Assembly: GCF_902652985.1 (NCBI RefSeq)
Contig: NC_047017.1
Coordinates: forward strand, 28,582,001-28,646,000
Reading direction: 5' to 3'
Source: Pecten maximus
Lineage: Eukaryota
Length of the DNA stretch: 64,000 nt
The notes under the pieces were generated by a model. The model searched no databases, was not told the DNA's origin, and worked only from the letters and a program-made list of their open reading frames with translations. The stretch's first letter is position 1; every line of letters begins with the position of its first letter. This document shows, piece by piece, positions 1-13,825 of the stretch. A program made the translations under genes and the position numbers.

Positions 1-142
1 CTAGTGTGACGTAACGAATGACCAGTGTGACGTAACAAATGCTTAGTGTGACGTAACAAATGACTAGTGTGACGTAACAAATGACCAGTGTGACGTTACA
101 AATCACCAGTGTGACCTAACAAATGACCAGTGCGACGTAACA
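1..142. repeat. 21-bp minisatellite (GTGTGACGTAACAAATGACCA), cut by the window edge
   Basis: About 6-7 visible tandem units with period 21. Confidence 0.9.
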
Positions 143-924
143 AAATGTATCCTACCATTTTGCCGGAATAATCACTAGTAATGCTGTGCAAAATAAAGTG
201 CATTAAATGAATGACCCAAAGTCTATTCGGCTGCAATTTTAAGCCAATAGGGACAGAGTGTATGGGGGCTCAATTTGATTGTTTAAGAAATGTTTAAGAA
301 ATGATTTTTCTCTTTTTGTTGTTCAGCTCGTCATGTTAAATTCTCTTTAAAACAACCATGTTACACACCAGTAAACAACAAATTAAAAAAAACCCAAAAA
401 AAACCTATCTTAATTACATTTTGAGGGTTTATTCATTTTTTTACTTACGCTACTTTATTTTGACGTTATACGCACTGACAGAATAGTCCGACATCTGATG
501 GAACAGCCAAACAGCAGGTTCTAATTTGGTGGGAATGTTGTCATTACAGGAAATATTAACAGAATATGGTTTCCACAATATCATCATCTATTTATTCCAT
601 TTCCGTGAGTTTTTAATCATTTACAGCTCAAATTCATTCATTGTTTCGACTTGTATCATGTCTTATAAAAAATATTTTCACAAAATGTAAAAAAATAGAT
701 TAAAGCGTGTGCGTGCCGAATCGTGACATCGACCACACTGTCAACAATGTATTTCCACGCGCCAGACTACTTTTGTTGGTAAGTACACAGCAGAAATACA
801 TATATATATCATGATATCAGGGCTTAAATAATATGATATAAAATCACAAAAGCATTTGAATGCAATAATTATTCAAATGGACCACTTTGTTCATGACACT
901 CACCTTCATTTATCAAGGTTCTTT

Positions 925-1500
925 TTTTACAATATTTACTTCAGTTGTAAAGATTTTCATAGTATTTGCTTTACTTGTAAAATTTTTTTACAGTACTTGC
1001 TTAACTTGAAAATTGTGTACAGTATATTCTTCACTTGTTAAGTTTTTTTAAAGCATTTGCTTCACTTATAAAGTTTTGTACATCATTTGCTTCACTTATA
1101 AAGTTTTGCACATCATTTGCTTCACTTGTTAAATTCTGTACAGTGTTAGCGTCACTTGTTAAATTCTGTACAGTGTTTGCGTCACTTGTTAAATTCTGTA
1201 CAGTGTTTGCGTCACTTGTTAAATTCTGTACAGTGTTTGCGTCACTTGCTACGTTTTTTAGTATTTACTTTACCTGTTAAGGTTTATACATCATTTACTT
1301 CACTTGTTAAATTTTGTACAGTGTTTGCTTCACTTATAAAGTTTTGTAGAGTATTTGCTTCACTTGTAAAATTTTGAACAATATCTACTTCACTTCTTGA
1401 AATTTGTACATCATTTGCTTCACTTGTTAAGTTTTGTGCAGTATTTGCTTCATTTGTTAATTTTTGTACAGTATTTGCTTCACTAGCAAAGTTTGGTATG
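925..1500. repeat. 30-bp degenerate tandem repeat starting at the SLC46-like stop codon and running into its 3' UTR
   Basis: Unit CAGTGTTTGCGTCACTTGTTAAATTCTGTA and variants; the first unit overlaps the TAG at 1483-1485. Confidence 0.85.
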
Positions 1501-4500
1501 CACATTTTCTTCTGTCTTCTGCATTCGAGAATCAAGGAATAACAATCTGAAAAAAGAACGAGAATATATAGGGTAAGTATTTTGGATAGATTTAAAATAT
1601 CACTTAAGCTATTGTGTTAATTTATAATCATGTCATACGCTGATTTTGCCTTATCGTCTGTTTCAAATTCCATTTATCATCTTATTTATCATTCAACTAC
1701 ATTATTCCGTTTGAAAATATTCTTAAAGGAGGGAAACAAAGCGAATTAAAACACTTTTCTATGCCCTATATTCTACCAGTCACCATTCTAAACTTAGGTA
1801 GCGTCTTTGTTCTTTTGTAATGAGAGCTTTCTTCTTTTCCCAAGAAAGGCGAACGGTAATATAAGTACATAGTATTAGTTGTGAACTTTACGGAAACATA
1901 AAACATACAGGGCTCAGAAAATACACCGAAGATAACATCAATACAATGACACCATACTTTTCGAGTTTGGTGACCAGATCTTCCAACTGACTTTTGGCAA
2001 AACCATCGGGAAAAAACTTTACACCTCTGTTGGTTGATATGTTTTTAGTTTTCATCCTAAGCTGATTACATTAATTGAAGAGCGAACCAGACCAGGTAAA
2101 TGGGGACGGACTTGCAAAGTCCAATAATTTCACCTATAGGTATATTGTCGATGCATTATCTTTCAGTCACAAAACAAAAAACAAACAAAAAAACAAACAA
2201 AAAAAACCAAAACAAAAAACAAAAACAACAACAACACTTTATTTACCTTATCGATCATATATACCCTGTATAGTTTTAAATTGGGGACAGTGCATTCTTT
2301 ATTATCAGTCGCTTATCTCGTTATGAACTACATAACCAACAGGCACAGTTTAAACCTAAGCCATGTGATAAACGGGATGATTCATTTTAGATAGCAAAAT
2401 CCCTGCATCCCTCTACCTATGGTATTTACACGTCCTAGCTGATTCGATAATCAAAGATTTGTTCCCAATTCCACGATTTCCGTGACAGATGTCTAGAGAG
2501 GTTGATGAAGACGTTTTATGACCAAATTATGATTTCATTTGGAAATATTCTGTCCCATTATGTGAAATGATTTCAGACATGTTCTATGTTTGTTGATATG
2601 CCTGGCAGTTCTGTTGTCACCACCCTAACTCTCATTTAAGATTGTAACCCGGATTAGACCTAGATTTGTATGGCGGGTGTCGAGGAAGAAGTAGAAGACG
2701 CTTATTCTTCTTGGGCACCTGGTCTTATTCTCGTTGTACTTTTTAACCAGTCTCCACGCAACTCCACATTTTTTGTCGATATCTTTCATCGTTAAATCGA
2801 TTTTGAGGTTGAATCATGGTTTCGTTATTACGTCGGTATTATTTTGTGTATTTGATGAAACCTTATTATGCAGTCATATATTCATAAGATGGCGGATGAT
2901 TATGACAACAGGGCCAATAAATATATTTTTATTACCATTCTAAGTTGTGAAACGACAACTTCAATAAATATAAACATATTTTGATGAAATTTTGTATACA
3001 GCCTAATATCAGAAAGATATCGGATAAGTTCAACCATTCGACCAATCAGATCGTAACATATAGAGTTATTGCCATTTGCCCTTTCGTCATTCTCTGATCA
3101 TGTGATCATTACTTGAGTGAATATATAAATGGATTGTGATGAAATTTGGTATGCTGTGAGCTTTATACCAATAGAATCTTGAACAAATTCCGCATCGAGA
3201 TCAATCTGATCGTAGGAGCTATGGCCTTTTGCAGTTTATGTCTAGGTAATGTTGATCGTAAGAACTATGACCTTTTGCAGTTTATGTCTAGGTAATGTTG
3301 ATCGTAAGAACTATGACCTTTTGCAGTTTATGTCTAGGTAATGTTGATCGTAAGAACTATGACCTTTTGCAGTTTATGTCTACGTAATGTTGATCGTAAG
3401 AACTATGACCTTTTGCAGTTTATGTCTAGGTAATGTTGATCGTAAGAACTATGACCTTTTGCAGTTTATGTCTACGGTAATGTTGATCGTAAGAACTATG
3501 ACCTTTTGCAGTTTATGTCTAGGTAATGTTGATCGTAAGAACTATGACCTTTTGCAGTTTATGTCTAGGTAATGTTGATCGTAAGAACTATGACCTTTTG
3601 CAGTTTATGTCTAGGTAATGTTGATCGTAAGAACTATGACCTTTTGCAGTTTATGTCTAGGTAATGTTGATCGTAAGAGCTATGACCTTTTGCAGTTTAT
3701 GTCTAGATAATGTTGATCGTAAGAGCTATGACCTTTTGCAGTTTATGTCTAGGTAATGTTGATCGTAAGAGCTATGACCTTTTGCAGATTATGTCTGGGT
3801 AATGTTATTGGGCCATTACCATGCAGGGGATACTACCATGTCTTTTAAAATGAATGACCTTGACCTACTTTCAATGTCACCGGGATAAAAAGTTGAAAGT
3901 TTCAAAGAAATAAAATCATCTATCAAAGATAAAACTACCGATAAGTGCCATCGGTCTCCTGTTTGTAAACATTGTATATACCTACACGATAAGAACACCT
4001 GCTATCACGTTATAGCCAGCGAACAGAAGAAATGTGAAACCTCGGAACCAATCAACCGTCGCGGCATAGATGGCGTTGCCAGTCACGCTTCCCAAAACAG
4101 CACAGATAGTCTCTACAGCGGCCACGCCGGCAAACAGGGTACCTGTGTAGAAAGAAACGATATAGAACTATGTAGCATCTGTACTTTACTGCGCGATAGA
4201 TTTCATGTAACGAACTTGTCTGTCTATTTGAGCTTTATTGATGAGAAATTGTCATAAGAGTAACGTCTCTCGCCTTGGTTTTCATGAGGTACCAAGTGAC
4301 TAACGATTCTTGTCTTGTTCCTGAGGTGCCACATAAATAAAGATACTTGCCTTATTGTTTACAAAGTATCACGTGACTAGCGATATCTACCTTGCTGTTC
4401 TGGGGTGTCACATGACTAACGAAATGTACTATGTTGTTCTGGAAGTGTCACGTGACTAACGAAATTTACTAAGTCCTGGAAATGCCATGTGACTAACGAT

Positions 4501-6022
4501 ACTTTGTACTTTGCAGTTCTGGAAGTACCACGTGACTGACGATACTTACCTTGCTGTTCTGGAGGTGTCATGTGTGACATGATGGCTCTGATGATCGGCA
4601 CAGGTAAAGCACCCATAAAACTGATGAAGGCAACTGAAACATACAATACAATGTACCAGTCACTAAAAATGGAGCGATACCTTATTTATTCAACATTCAT
4701 ATAACAGAGTGTCAATCTGGATTCAGTACACACGGTTAAGACTAATGTAAAAAAACAAATTTCGATCACATACCTATTAGCATCATGAGTTCATTGGTCG
4801 CCAGTGCCTCCAGAACGTAGCCTGCTATATAGGATAAGGACCCCAGGATACCGATCACGTGCTCCTGCATACAAGCCTGGAAGGGCTTGACAAGTCCCAT
4901 ACCAATGACGAGAGGAAGTCCTATCCGGAGGGTTGTGTACCAGCCCACCTTTACCGGCGTCCAACAGAACGGCGAGTTCAACTGATACAATGTTTCAATG
5001 CCCATCTTCCCAAAAATAGAAAGAAAACTGAAGAACAGAGCCGCCAAACATGCCCAGAACTTCCACCGTTTTCCAACAGATGAAATATCCTCAGTATAAA
5101 ACAAAAATATATTCTTAAATGTCTGTAATACACCGTGCTTTCGTGAATGTTCTTTTTTCAGAGTTTCTGGGAAAATGAGAGAAAACATAACTGCAACACA
5201 GGCGACAGAAGCACTGATGATCATAGCCTTGTAATAACCCACGCCATCAATGAGGTAACCAGATAGGGCGGACCCCACCAGGGCCCCCATGCCCACCGCT
5301 ATCTCTATCAACACTATGGCAAAGGCTCTCGACTTTCCTGCTCGGGTGATGTCCGCTACGGCAGCAAATCCTATCGAAAGAGAAGCAATCCAACCCCCAG
5401 TGGATCCGCCAACAAATTGGAAGACAAGCAAGGCGTATATGTTCCATTTGAGGTATATCCCCACCGCAAGCATCGCTGAAGCGATAAAAGTCCCAGTAGC
5501 GGTTATAAATATAAACGGTTTCCGTCCATACCTATCACTCAGGGATGCGAAGACGAGGTTAGAGAATATTCCTGGGACTCCGGAACTCAGCGATACATAT
5601 ATGATATAAGTGGAGGCGAGTCTCTGAATCTCCTGTTGGTCTAGATATTCCTGAGAAGTTTTATTTTCATAGCATCGGTTTTCATCCTCACTTTTGTTAA
5701 AATGTATACCGGGAAATTCTTCCTCTTCAATGACATCGTAAACGTATTGTGTAATGATCAGGGAATTGGTACTGAAGCAAAATATCATGAAAAAGAGTAT
5801 TGGTCCTAGTATGTAGAAGCGCAGAGGAGTTTTGACGGCATTTTCATTTTCAGTCGATTTCTTGATCACGTCCGCCGTTACTGACTGAGAAAGAAGAGGA
5901 GACTTTTCGTCGGAAACCTCAAGTGGCTGAAATGCGTTAGCTTTCGCGACACCCTTTGGGACAGGGTAGGGCGATCCCTCGGTCGGATTTTCCTGCTTGT
6001 CGGAGAAATCAGAAGGCTCCAT
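1483..6022 (-). CDS. SLC46 family MFS transporter (PCFT/SLC46A1-SLC46A3-like), about 517 aa, 4 coding exons: 6022-4774, 4633-4550, 4142-3986, 1546-1483
   Basis: Large ORF with many TM segments, MFS motif A (SLSDRYGRK) and SLC46-type YQLNSPFCW and RAIMSHMTPPEQQG|GTLF motifs. GT-AG introns have compatible phases (1,1,2). The 84- and 157-bp internal exons match the sizes I recall for vertebrate SLC46A1 exons 3 and 4. A polypyrimidine/CAG acceptor near 6088 implies an upstream non-coding exon. The last exon is the least certain. Confidence 0.88.
1930..2730 (+). mobile_element. Degenerate Penelope-like retroelement RT relic in the last SLC46 intron
   Basis: Broken translations LAKSNNFTYRYIVDALS (cf. 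FRYIDDVLS), DKRDD at ~2368 and YGIYTS*LIR at ~2418; many stops and frameshifts. Confidence 0.6.
3215..3810. repeat. 46-bp minisatellite (TCTAGGTAATGTTGATCGTAAGAACTATGACCTTTTGCAGTTTATG), about 13 units
   Basis: Near-perfect tandem units; flanks resemble a non-autonomous element (ATGACCTTGACC motif at ~3855). Confidence 0.92.
4255..4580 (-). repeat. Degenerate ~39-bp tandem repeat made of the SLC46 84-bp exon end plus its splice donor
   Basis: Exon end CACATGACACCTCCAGAACAGCAAG|GTAAGTATCG recurs as about 7 decayed copies, best at ~4381-4420 (CATGTGACACCCCAGAACAGCAAGGTAGATATCG). Confidence 0.75.
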
Positions 6023-6329
6023 TTTGTTTAGACGTTGCCAGTATTGTCTTTCATGTTTACAGCTCCCTGTTTCTAAATTCCGATCTGCTGGCGGGAAAAA
6101 AATCGATGAATTACAAAACGTCAAACGTGGAAGTAGACATATTTAACATCACAATCACATGGGGAGTAAATGTTTACCAGGAAAACTAAAATCAACACTT
6201 TAAACTTACACGTGCAGTTTTGGTTTAGTTTTTGAGTGCGTGCGTGCGACTGTATTGATGGACGATCGCGAGTGTAACTAGAAATAGTCAATCACATCGC
6301 GATAGCGTATACATGTGTGACACCAAGGA

Positions 6330-6715
6330 TGTCATTTGTAACGAGCCCCTGCGACATCTCATATCATTTGTAACGAGCCCCTGTGACATCTCATATATAA
6401 TTTGTAACGTGCCCCTACAACATCTCATATATTATATAAGTAACGAGCCCCTACAACATTTCATATATTATATAATTTGTAACGAGCCCCTGTGACATCT
6501 CATATATAATTTGTAACGAGCCCCTGTGACATCTCATATATTATGTAATGTGTAACGAGCCCCTGTGACATCTCATATATTATGTAATTTGTATCGAGCC
6601 CCTGTGACATCTCATATATTATATCATTTGTAACGAGCCCCTGTGACATCTCATATATTATATCATTTGTAACGAGTACCTGCGACATCTCATATACATT
6701 ACTATATCATTTGTA
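6330..6715. repeat. ~39-bp minisatellite (GTAACGAGCCCCTGTGACATCTCATATATTATATCATTT)
   Basis: About 10 tandem units with length variants. Confidence 0.9.
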
Positions 6716-6774
6716 AAGAACGTCTGTGCTTGGTTTAATTAGGAAATTTACATGCGTGGTAGCTATAACAAATA

Positions 6775-6965
6775 GGGGCCGCGGTGGCCGAGTGGTTAAG
6801 GTATCCTGGCACTTTATCACTGGCCCTCCACCTCTGGGTTGCGAGTTCGAAACCCAAGTGGGGCAGTTGGTATTTTTCGCCATGTACTCCGGGTTTCCTC
6901 CACCACCACCTAGTACGTTCTGACCCTGGCTGTTAATAGGACGTTAACATAATGAACCAAATCCT
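6775..6965 (+). mobile_element. tRNA-derived SINE
   Basis: A box TGGCCGAGTGG and B box GAGTTCGAAAC, followed by a GTACTCCGGGTTTCCTCCACC body and an A-rich tail; no complete cloverleaf. Confidence 0.75.
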
Positions 6966-7771
6966 AAACAAGTACTATATGAGAAATATGGTGGGATATG
7001 CTTGACAAGAAAACTAGCTATATCGGACAAACTTACCCGAGGCAGATTTTCACCAGTAACCGTCTGTGTCTTCTGAATGAGGCGACAGACATACATTACA
7101 CCCCTATAACAAACGTGCCCCAGATTACAACCTTTATCCACATGACTCACAGCCGAAAAAAAAACTCGTTTGTTATCACGCGGAAAACTGTTTAACATAA
7201 AAAATACGATTATTATCATGGAAATGATACACAACAAGTGCGCCCATTATGCTGCAAACCTGAATACCTACATGTTGCATATATATGACGCCATGTTTCG
7301 ATTTCACTTTCAGATAAGGTATATCGATTTTTAATGTATTACCTCTCAGTAAAAATAATATTGAAATATGTCGATCACACATGCCTTATGAATCAAGGAC
7401 GTATTTACCTCGGTCTTTATTTATGACGTAAAACTTGACGGTATTCCCTGTGATATATATACCGATTGACTATGTGAAGTTTCAAGAGTGCTCTCCTGTT
7501 AATATAATGTTCCATTAGTTAGTGTACCGGGTTTTCGACAGCTTTACTCTGATTAGACTCCTTGGCAGCCAGAGATGGTCGAGCCAACATCAATAACAAA
7601 AAAGTTTGTTAATTTCTTAACATTATCGTCGAGACTCGTGTCATAGGTATTAAACTCGTCTATCAATTGAAAGACTTTGACAGACGAGTCTAGACTAACG
7701 CTCTTACCAGTCAGAAATATACGATTTATGCTGCTATATATCAAAATACTCCTACACCGATCAAAAGTGGT

Positions 7772-8650
7772 ATGATATCTGAAGGCAGAATACATCCTTA
7801 CTTTATCATCAACTAGGTCTGATGTCTGAAGGCAGAATACATCCTTAACTTTATCATCAACTAGGTCTGATATCTGAAGGTAGAATACATCCTTAACTTT
7901 ATCATCAACTAGGTCTGATGTCTGAAGGCAGAATACATCCTTAAGTAACCATCAACTAGGTCTGATGTACACCCTTAAGTTTACCATCAACTATGTCCGA
8001 CATCTGAAGGTAGAATACATCCTTAACTTTATCATCAACTAGGTCTGATAACTGAAGGCAGAATACATCCTCAACTTTATCATCAACTAGGTCTGATATC
8101 TGAAGGCAGAATACATCCTTAAGTTTACTATCAACTAGGTCTGATGTACACCCTTTTAAAAGTTTATCATCAACTATGTCCGACATCTGAAGATAGAATA
8201 CACCCTTAAGTATACCATCAAATAGGTCTTAAGTCTGAGGGCAGAATATAGCCTTAAGTTTACCACCAACTATGTCCGACATCTGAAGGTAGTAGATGGA
8301 TGGTTGGACTCTCCTCAAACTCCTGGAGACAGATTGACAGGGCTCAAATAGGGGAATTAAATATACCATCAAATAGGTCGTAAGTCTGAGGGCAGAAAAC
8401 ATCCTTAAGTATACCATCAAATAGGTCTTAAGTCTGAGGGCAGAATACATCCTTAAGTTTACCACCAACTATGTCCGACATATGAAGGTAGAATACACCC
8501 TTAAGTATACCATCAAATAGGTCTTAAGTCTGAGGGCAGAATTCACCCTTAAGTTTACCATCAACTATGTCCGACATCTGAAGGTAGAATACACCCTTAA
8601 GTATACCATCAAATAGGTCGTAAGTCTGAGGGCAGAATATAGCCTAAAAT
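7772..8650. repeat. 48-bp minisatellite with alternating variants
   Basis: Unit GATGTCTGAAGGCAGAATACATCCTTAACTTTATCATCAACTAGGTCT; the right half alternates two variants; short unique insert at ~8292-8360. Confidence 0.88.
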
Positions 8651-9696
8651 ATGCCATGAATCAAAGTAATGGAAGTCTTGAAGGAGGGTTATTAAGGTAC
8701 ACCATACGGACATGGATACACTGACCTGTAAAAGGTGACATTTGAAATAAAGCAATTTCTGTATAAATTCCGATATGATTGTTGATGAACATTCACGAAT
8801 GAGTGTTCATTTTCAAATAAAGAACTTAAACTATCAAAGTTACCTGGTTATCAAACACTGGAACTTCAGATTTTTGTTTCACAAAGAATTGTCACCAGGA
8901 TGGGTGCCCAATACACTCCCGAAATCTGTCTGATTCCCACTCTGCTCCAACCACTTGTTATAATGTATATAATCAAAGTACTTTCTGAGCCGATATTTGT
9001 AAAATTGGATAAATGATTATTTGCTAATCATATTATCTAAATAATCCACTCAAGTTAATTGATAGTCGAGCTGGTTTATCAATCCTTCATGAGATGTTAT
9101 TGTTTAAAAATGACTAAGTTTGGGGCTTCCAGCTAAACTTAAAAGCACAGTTTTATAGAAAAGTTTAACAGAACTACATCCAAATATCATGACCCATGCA
9201 TGTTACTCAAAAAGATCTTCCGACCTTTTTCACCTTGCAAATTAGTCCATTTAAAGTTAAAACGTTTTATCCTTACTGACTGAAATTTTACCCAATCTAG
9301 TACAAGTAAATGTATATTGAAATAAAATCCATAATGCATACATTCATTACTTTTAGATATAAGAAGTATTGAATCCCTGGTGGCTAATGCTATTCCATAT
9401 TCTATGCCTTTTAGTTCCTTATTTTAGTCGTTTATTTTTCAATGTTGACCCCCGTGACCTTGAATATGGATCAAGGTTATTTCTTTATGCAAACTTTCTT
9501 GGTCTTGATACCATGACATCTCAATATAATTCAGAAAATATCCCCATTATCTTGATAAATATGTTGGGCTCCATCCTAGGAAGCTGCCCATATAAAGAAA
9601 ATGTTATTTACATAAACAATATGTGGATGGACGGATTGATAAACACTGTACCATGATATAAGCTCACTTGTCCATTCCGACTTTTGTTTTGTTTTT

Positions 9697-9728
<32 letters not shown>

Positions 9729-10809
9729 GGCAGACTGGTAACTACTTGCTAATCCATCGCTTGAACCATCTAAAATACAATCGGGACTGGTAATGACGAA
9801 CAGCATGGGCAGAGTTGGACTCTTCTAAAACCTTGGTAAGCTTTAGGAAGATGATTTTCTAATTTTATTATCCGTACAATGTATTTATCGTTGTATAAAG
9901 GATAGGTCATTAGGTTTTGCCGAGCTTGGTCATAATTTTATGACCTTGGTACTGTTCTGTCCAACACTAGATTGTGTCAGAGTATATTCTATTTTTTGTG
10001 GTGATATGGCTGAAACTGAACTTCCTTGTAGCTTTATCTCCCGAAAACTATTCCAATTTACCACTTATTCAAATTTGTTTACTATACAGGTTACCATGAT
10101 TGTCACTCCTACCGTTCAAATCTGGATAAGGAATTTGGTTTCGGAAACCGAAGAGAGCTGTTTTACTACTAAATAACTCGTTTTTTTATGACTTTTTCAA
10201 ATGTAATTTGGGGGATGTCAATCAGTCCAAATGCTCAAAACGAAATATTCAGAATAAAAGTATTTTCATAGAGTTACACACCTGTGTATGCATCAATAAA
10301 TATTCAAACATAGTTGTACACAGATCATAAAACATTCGATCTTTAGCAGGGTGACTGCTGACTTATTCATATTGTCATGGATAAAAGCTAGTCAGGATAA
10401 CAAATCAAATATCACTTTCTAAATGTTAATCATACCGGACAACCGAGTCACGTGTAAATAATCAGCCGTTCTCTTATTAGCGTTACCGTGATATTGATTA
10501 CATGTTATGGCTAAAATTTCCATCGTAAATAAAAGTCGGAAGAAATATGCTGCCTCAAACAGATTTCGGCAATTATTCAATGATTTGTTGGACTGACTTG
10601 CTGTGTAAAAGTGTGAAGAACATCGTGCACACTCCTAGAGGTCGAGGCCTGTATACATGTATATATATTCTTGTGTATGTCGATATAAAAACAAGCCATT
10701 TAAATCGTTATTTGTTGATAATGTGTTGTTGTCAACAGTGCATACCATTTACATGCTAGCATTATTAGATTATCAGTTTGGAAGGCAAAGTATAACTCCG
10801 ACTGCCAGC

Positions 10810-12357
10810 ACAAAGATCGGTGATATTATGCTCTCGATTCTTCTGTATGCTGACGACGTGGCGTTATTGGCGCCCGATGAGCCGTCCTTACAACGGATGA
10901 TGAACTGTTTATAATATAACTGGTGTCGGAAGTGACGTCTTACGGTCAACGTCGGAAAAACTAACGTCATTCACTTCAGAAACAAGTCTGTACCTAGATC
11001 AAATTTCCAGTTCAAATGTGGCGATCTCGATATACAGACCGCTGATCGTTATAAATACCTGGGTGTCTGGTTTACGGAACACTTGGACATTGAACTCACC
11101 GTTAAGGAATTAGCGAAATCAGCAAGTCGAGCACTCGGCGCACTATACAGCAAATTTAGATTCGCGGGTGGCATGTTTTTGGTGTGTTTAAGAACCTTTA
11201 TGAATCGTTGGTGGAGCCCGTACTTTTCTATTGTGCCGGTATATGGGGAGTAAATTCTTATCGTTTTGTTCAAACTGTGCAAAACAAGGCCGGGCGCTAC
11301 TTCTTGGGCTCCGGAAAAAATGCTTCGAACGTGGCGACCAGAGGCGACCTCGGGTGGAACTCGTGCGCAACGAAACAAAAAATAGAAGTGTGTAGGCTTT
11401 GGCTAAAAATCAAGTGTTGTGAGCCCGGGCGTCTTATAACAACAGTTCATATCTGGTCTCTCTCCCGAGGAAGAAGCTGGGACAAACGCGTGGAATCTCT
11501 GTTAAATGTACGGAACTTGAACTCTCTTTTAGAACCTAACCCGTCTTATACATCATGTCTCAATGAAGCAAAGCTATCGCTCCGACAAGAGGATGAAACT
11601 ACATGGTATAGACAGATGTGGAACGATTCTGGTAAAGACAACGGTAATAAACCTAGGACCTACCGAACGTATAAATATAGTCTAGCTCCGGAACCTTATG
11701 TGACTTTGATCATGAATTATAAACATCGACAAACCTTAACCAAATTTCGTTGTGGCAATTTGAACCTTAAAGTAGAGACGGGTCGGTATTCTCATCCTGT
11801 TACGCCTTTACAGGAGAGAAAGTGTACTTTATGTCATTCAGGCTCTATAGAAGATGAAACTCATTTTCTCATAGATTGTGACTTTTACTCAGATTTGAAA
11901 CTTTCTTTATACAACAAAGCATTATTTTATTTACCAAATTTCACAAATCTTGATTCTTCAATCAAATTACAATTTCTTATGCAAAATGCGAACTTACAAT
12001 CCACGTTAGCATCGACATTATACAACATGTACAGACGAAGATTATGTTTTAATTTTGTTTAATATGTACATTATCATGTATCTTTACCCAAATATGGAGG
12101 TTATGTTACTACACTGGTAGTTTTTACTAATCTTGCAATTTTAGATAAGTCGAAGTTGTGTTCTTAAATCCTAAATAAATTTAAGAAGATACTTGATATT
12201 CTTAATAGGTACAATTTTTTAAGTGTCTCGTAAGCCAAATATGGCTGGACATTTTTTACTCTAATTGGTATTTTTATCTATCATGACTGTGTTTTTACCA
12301 TGTTGTAAAAATGTGTGACACTCTAATAAATAAAATATTGTATTGTATTGTATTGTA
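10810..12357 (+). mobile_element. 5'-truncated non-LTR retrotransposon (LINE; RTE-X/CR1-group-like ORF2 3' half), inactivated
   Basis: LLYADDVALLA RT motif, then YKYLG and a C-terminal ETGRY..CxxC..EDETHF..C zinc knuckle; stops and a frameshift near 10910-11185; ends with AATAAA plus a (TATTG)n tail at 12324-12357. Confidence 0.9.
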
Positions 12358-12470
12358 CATTACCTGGATTTTACCTGTGTTCCTCCACATTACCTGAATT
12401 TTACCTGTGTTCCTCCACATTACCTGGATTTTACCTGTATTCTCCGACATTACATGGTTTTTACCTCTAT
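12358..12470. repeat. 30-bp minisatellite abutting the LINE tail
   Basis: CATTACCTGGATTTTACCTGTGTTCCTCCA x about 4. Confidence 0.85.
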
Positions 12471-12616
12471 TTTACACAAACTTTGAATTCATCTCATTTC
12501 ATTACTATTTAATCCATTTTTACATACCATATACCATTTCCATAAACTAGATTTGCAGAAGACAGCTATAGTACAACAACGTATATATATTATAGATATT
12601 TCTGTTTGAAATGATT

Positions 12617-13825
12617 AACAAGAGATCCCAGAGGGATCTTGGCGCCCACCATTGAATGATCTTCATAGGTTCCATGTCAGATTGATCTTTTCTCTTTTTT
12701 CCCTTCCTCTTACTAATCTGTGTAAAAAAGGGAAACTTATATATGAAATTTAAGATTTAGCGATAATGGTTGTCTGTCGACAATGTTTTCAGATTGGTCC
12801 AAAAATGCAATACGACGGACCGAGGAAAGCCTACATATGAAAATTGAGAAATGTCCCTTCAGTTCTTTCCATGTTGTTATCCGATTGGTCCCAAAATGCA
12901 ATATACATAACAAGCGACCAAGGGGAACCTACATATGAAATTTGAGAAGGATCCTTTCAGTACTTTCTGAGAAATAGCGATAACAAACTTCAATTGTCAA
13001 AATCCAAGATGGCTGGCTGTTGGCCATGTTGTTTTCCGATCCGTCCCAAAAAATGCAATATGCATAACTAGAGACCAAGGGGATCCTACATATGAAATTT
13101 GAGAAAGATCCCTTCAGTACTCTCTCAGAAATAGCGATAACAAACTTCAATTGTCAAAATCCAAGATGGCTGGCTGTTGGCCATGTTGTTTTCCGATCCG
13201 TCCCAAAAAATGCAATATGCATAACTAGAGACCAAGGGGAACCTACATATGAAATTTGAGAAAGATCCCTTCAGTACTCTCTCAGAAATAGCGATAACAA
13301 ACTTCAATTGTCAAAATCCAAGAAGGCTGCCTGTCGGCCATGTTGTTTTCCGATTGGTCCCAAAATGCAATATGCATAACTAGGCACCAAGGGGAACCTA
13401 CATATGAAATTTGAGAAAGATCTCTTCCATACTTTCTCAGAAATAGCGATAACAAACTTCAATTGTCAAAATCCAAGAAGGCTGCCTGTCGGCCATGTTG
13501 TTTTCCGATTGGTCCCAAAATGCAATATGCATAACTAGGCACCAAGGGGAACCTACATATGAAATTTGAGAAAGATCTCTTCCATACTTTCTCAGAAATA
13601 GCAATAACAAACTTCAATTGTCAAAATCCAAGATGGCTGCCTGTCGGCCATGTTGTTTTCCGATTGGTCCCAAAAGGCAATATGCATAACTAAGCACCAA
13701 GGGGAACCTACATATGAAATTTTAGAAAGATCCCTTCAGTACTTTCTCAGAAATAGCGATAACAAGAATTGTTTACGGATGGACCACAGAGGCAAGGCGA
13801 TTTGAATAGCCTACCATCTGATGAT
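12617..13825 (+). mobile_element. Non-autonomous pearl/HINE(Helentron)-like element with internal ~155-bp tandem repeats, copy 1
   Basis: AACAAGAGATCCCAGAGGGATCTT 5' hairpin, about 6 tandem 155-bp units, GGAC-type microsatellite remnant and a damaged terminal hairpin; same family as 38723-39913. Confidence 0.8.

Noticed and set aside
6775-6860. tRNA gene
   Set aside because: A and B boxes are present but there is no consistent cloverleaf, and the sequence continues into a SINE-type body.
9707-9730. Poly-G tracts here and at ~41070-41095 as functional G-quadruplexes
   Set aside because: Simple homopolymers are common in such genomes, their length is unreliable, and nothing in the context supports function.
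11184-12062. 292-aa ORF as a host gene
   Set aside because: It is the C-terminal part of a truncated, frameshifted LINE ORF2.
12929-13307. Repeated short ORFs in the 155-bp units (also 38907-39709)
   Set aside because: Translations of non-coding transposon-internal repeats.
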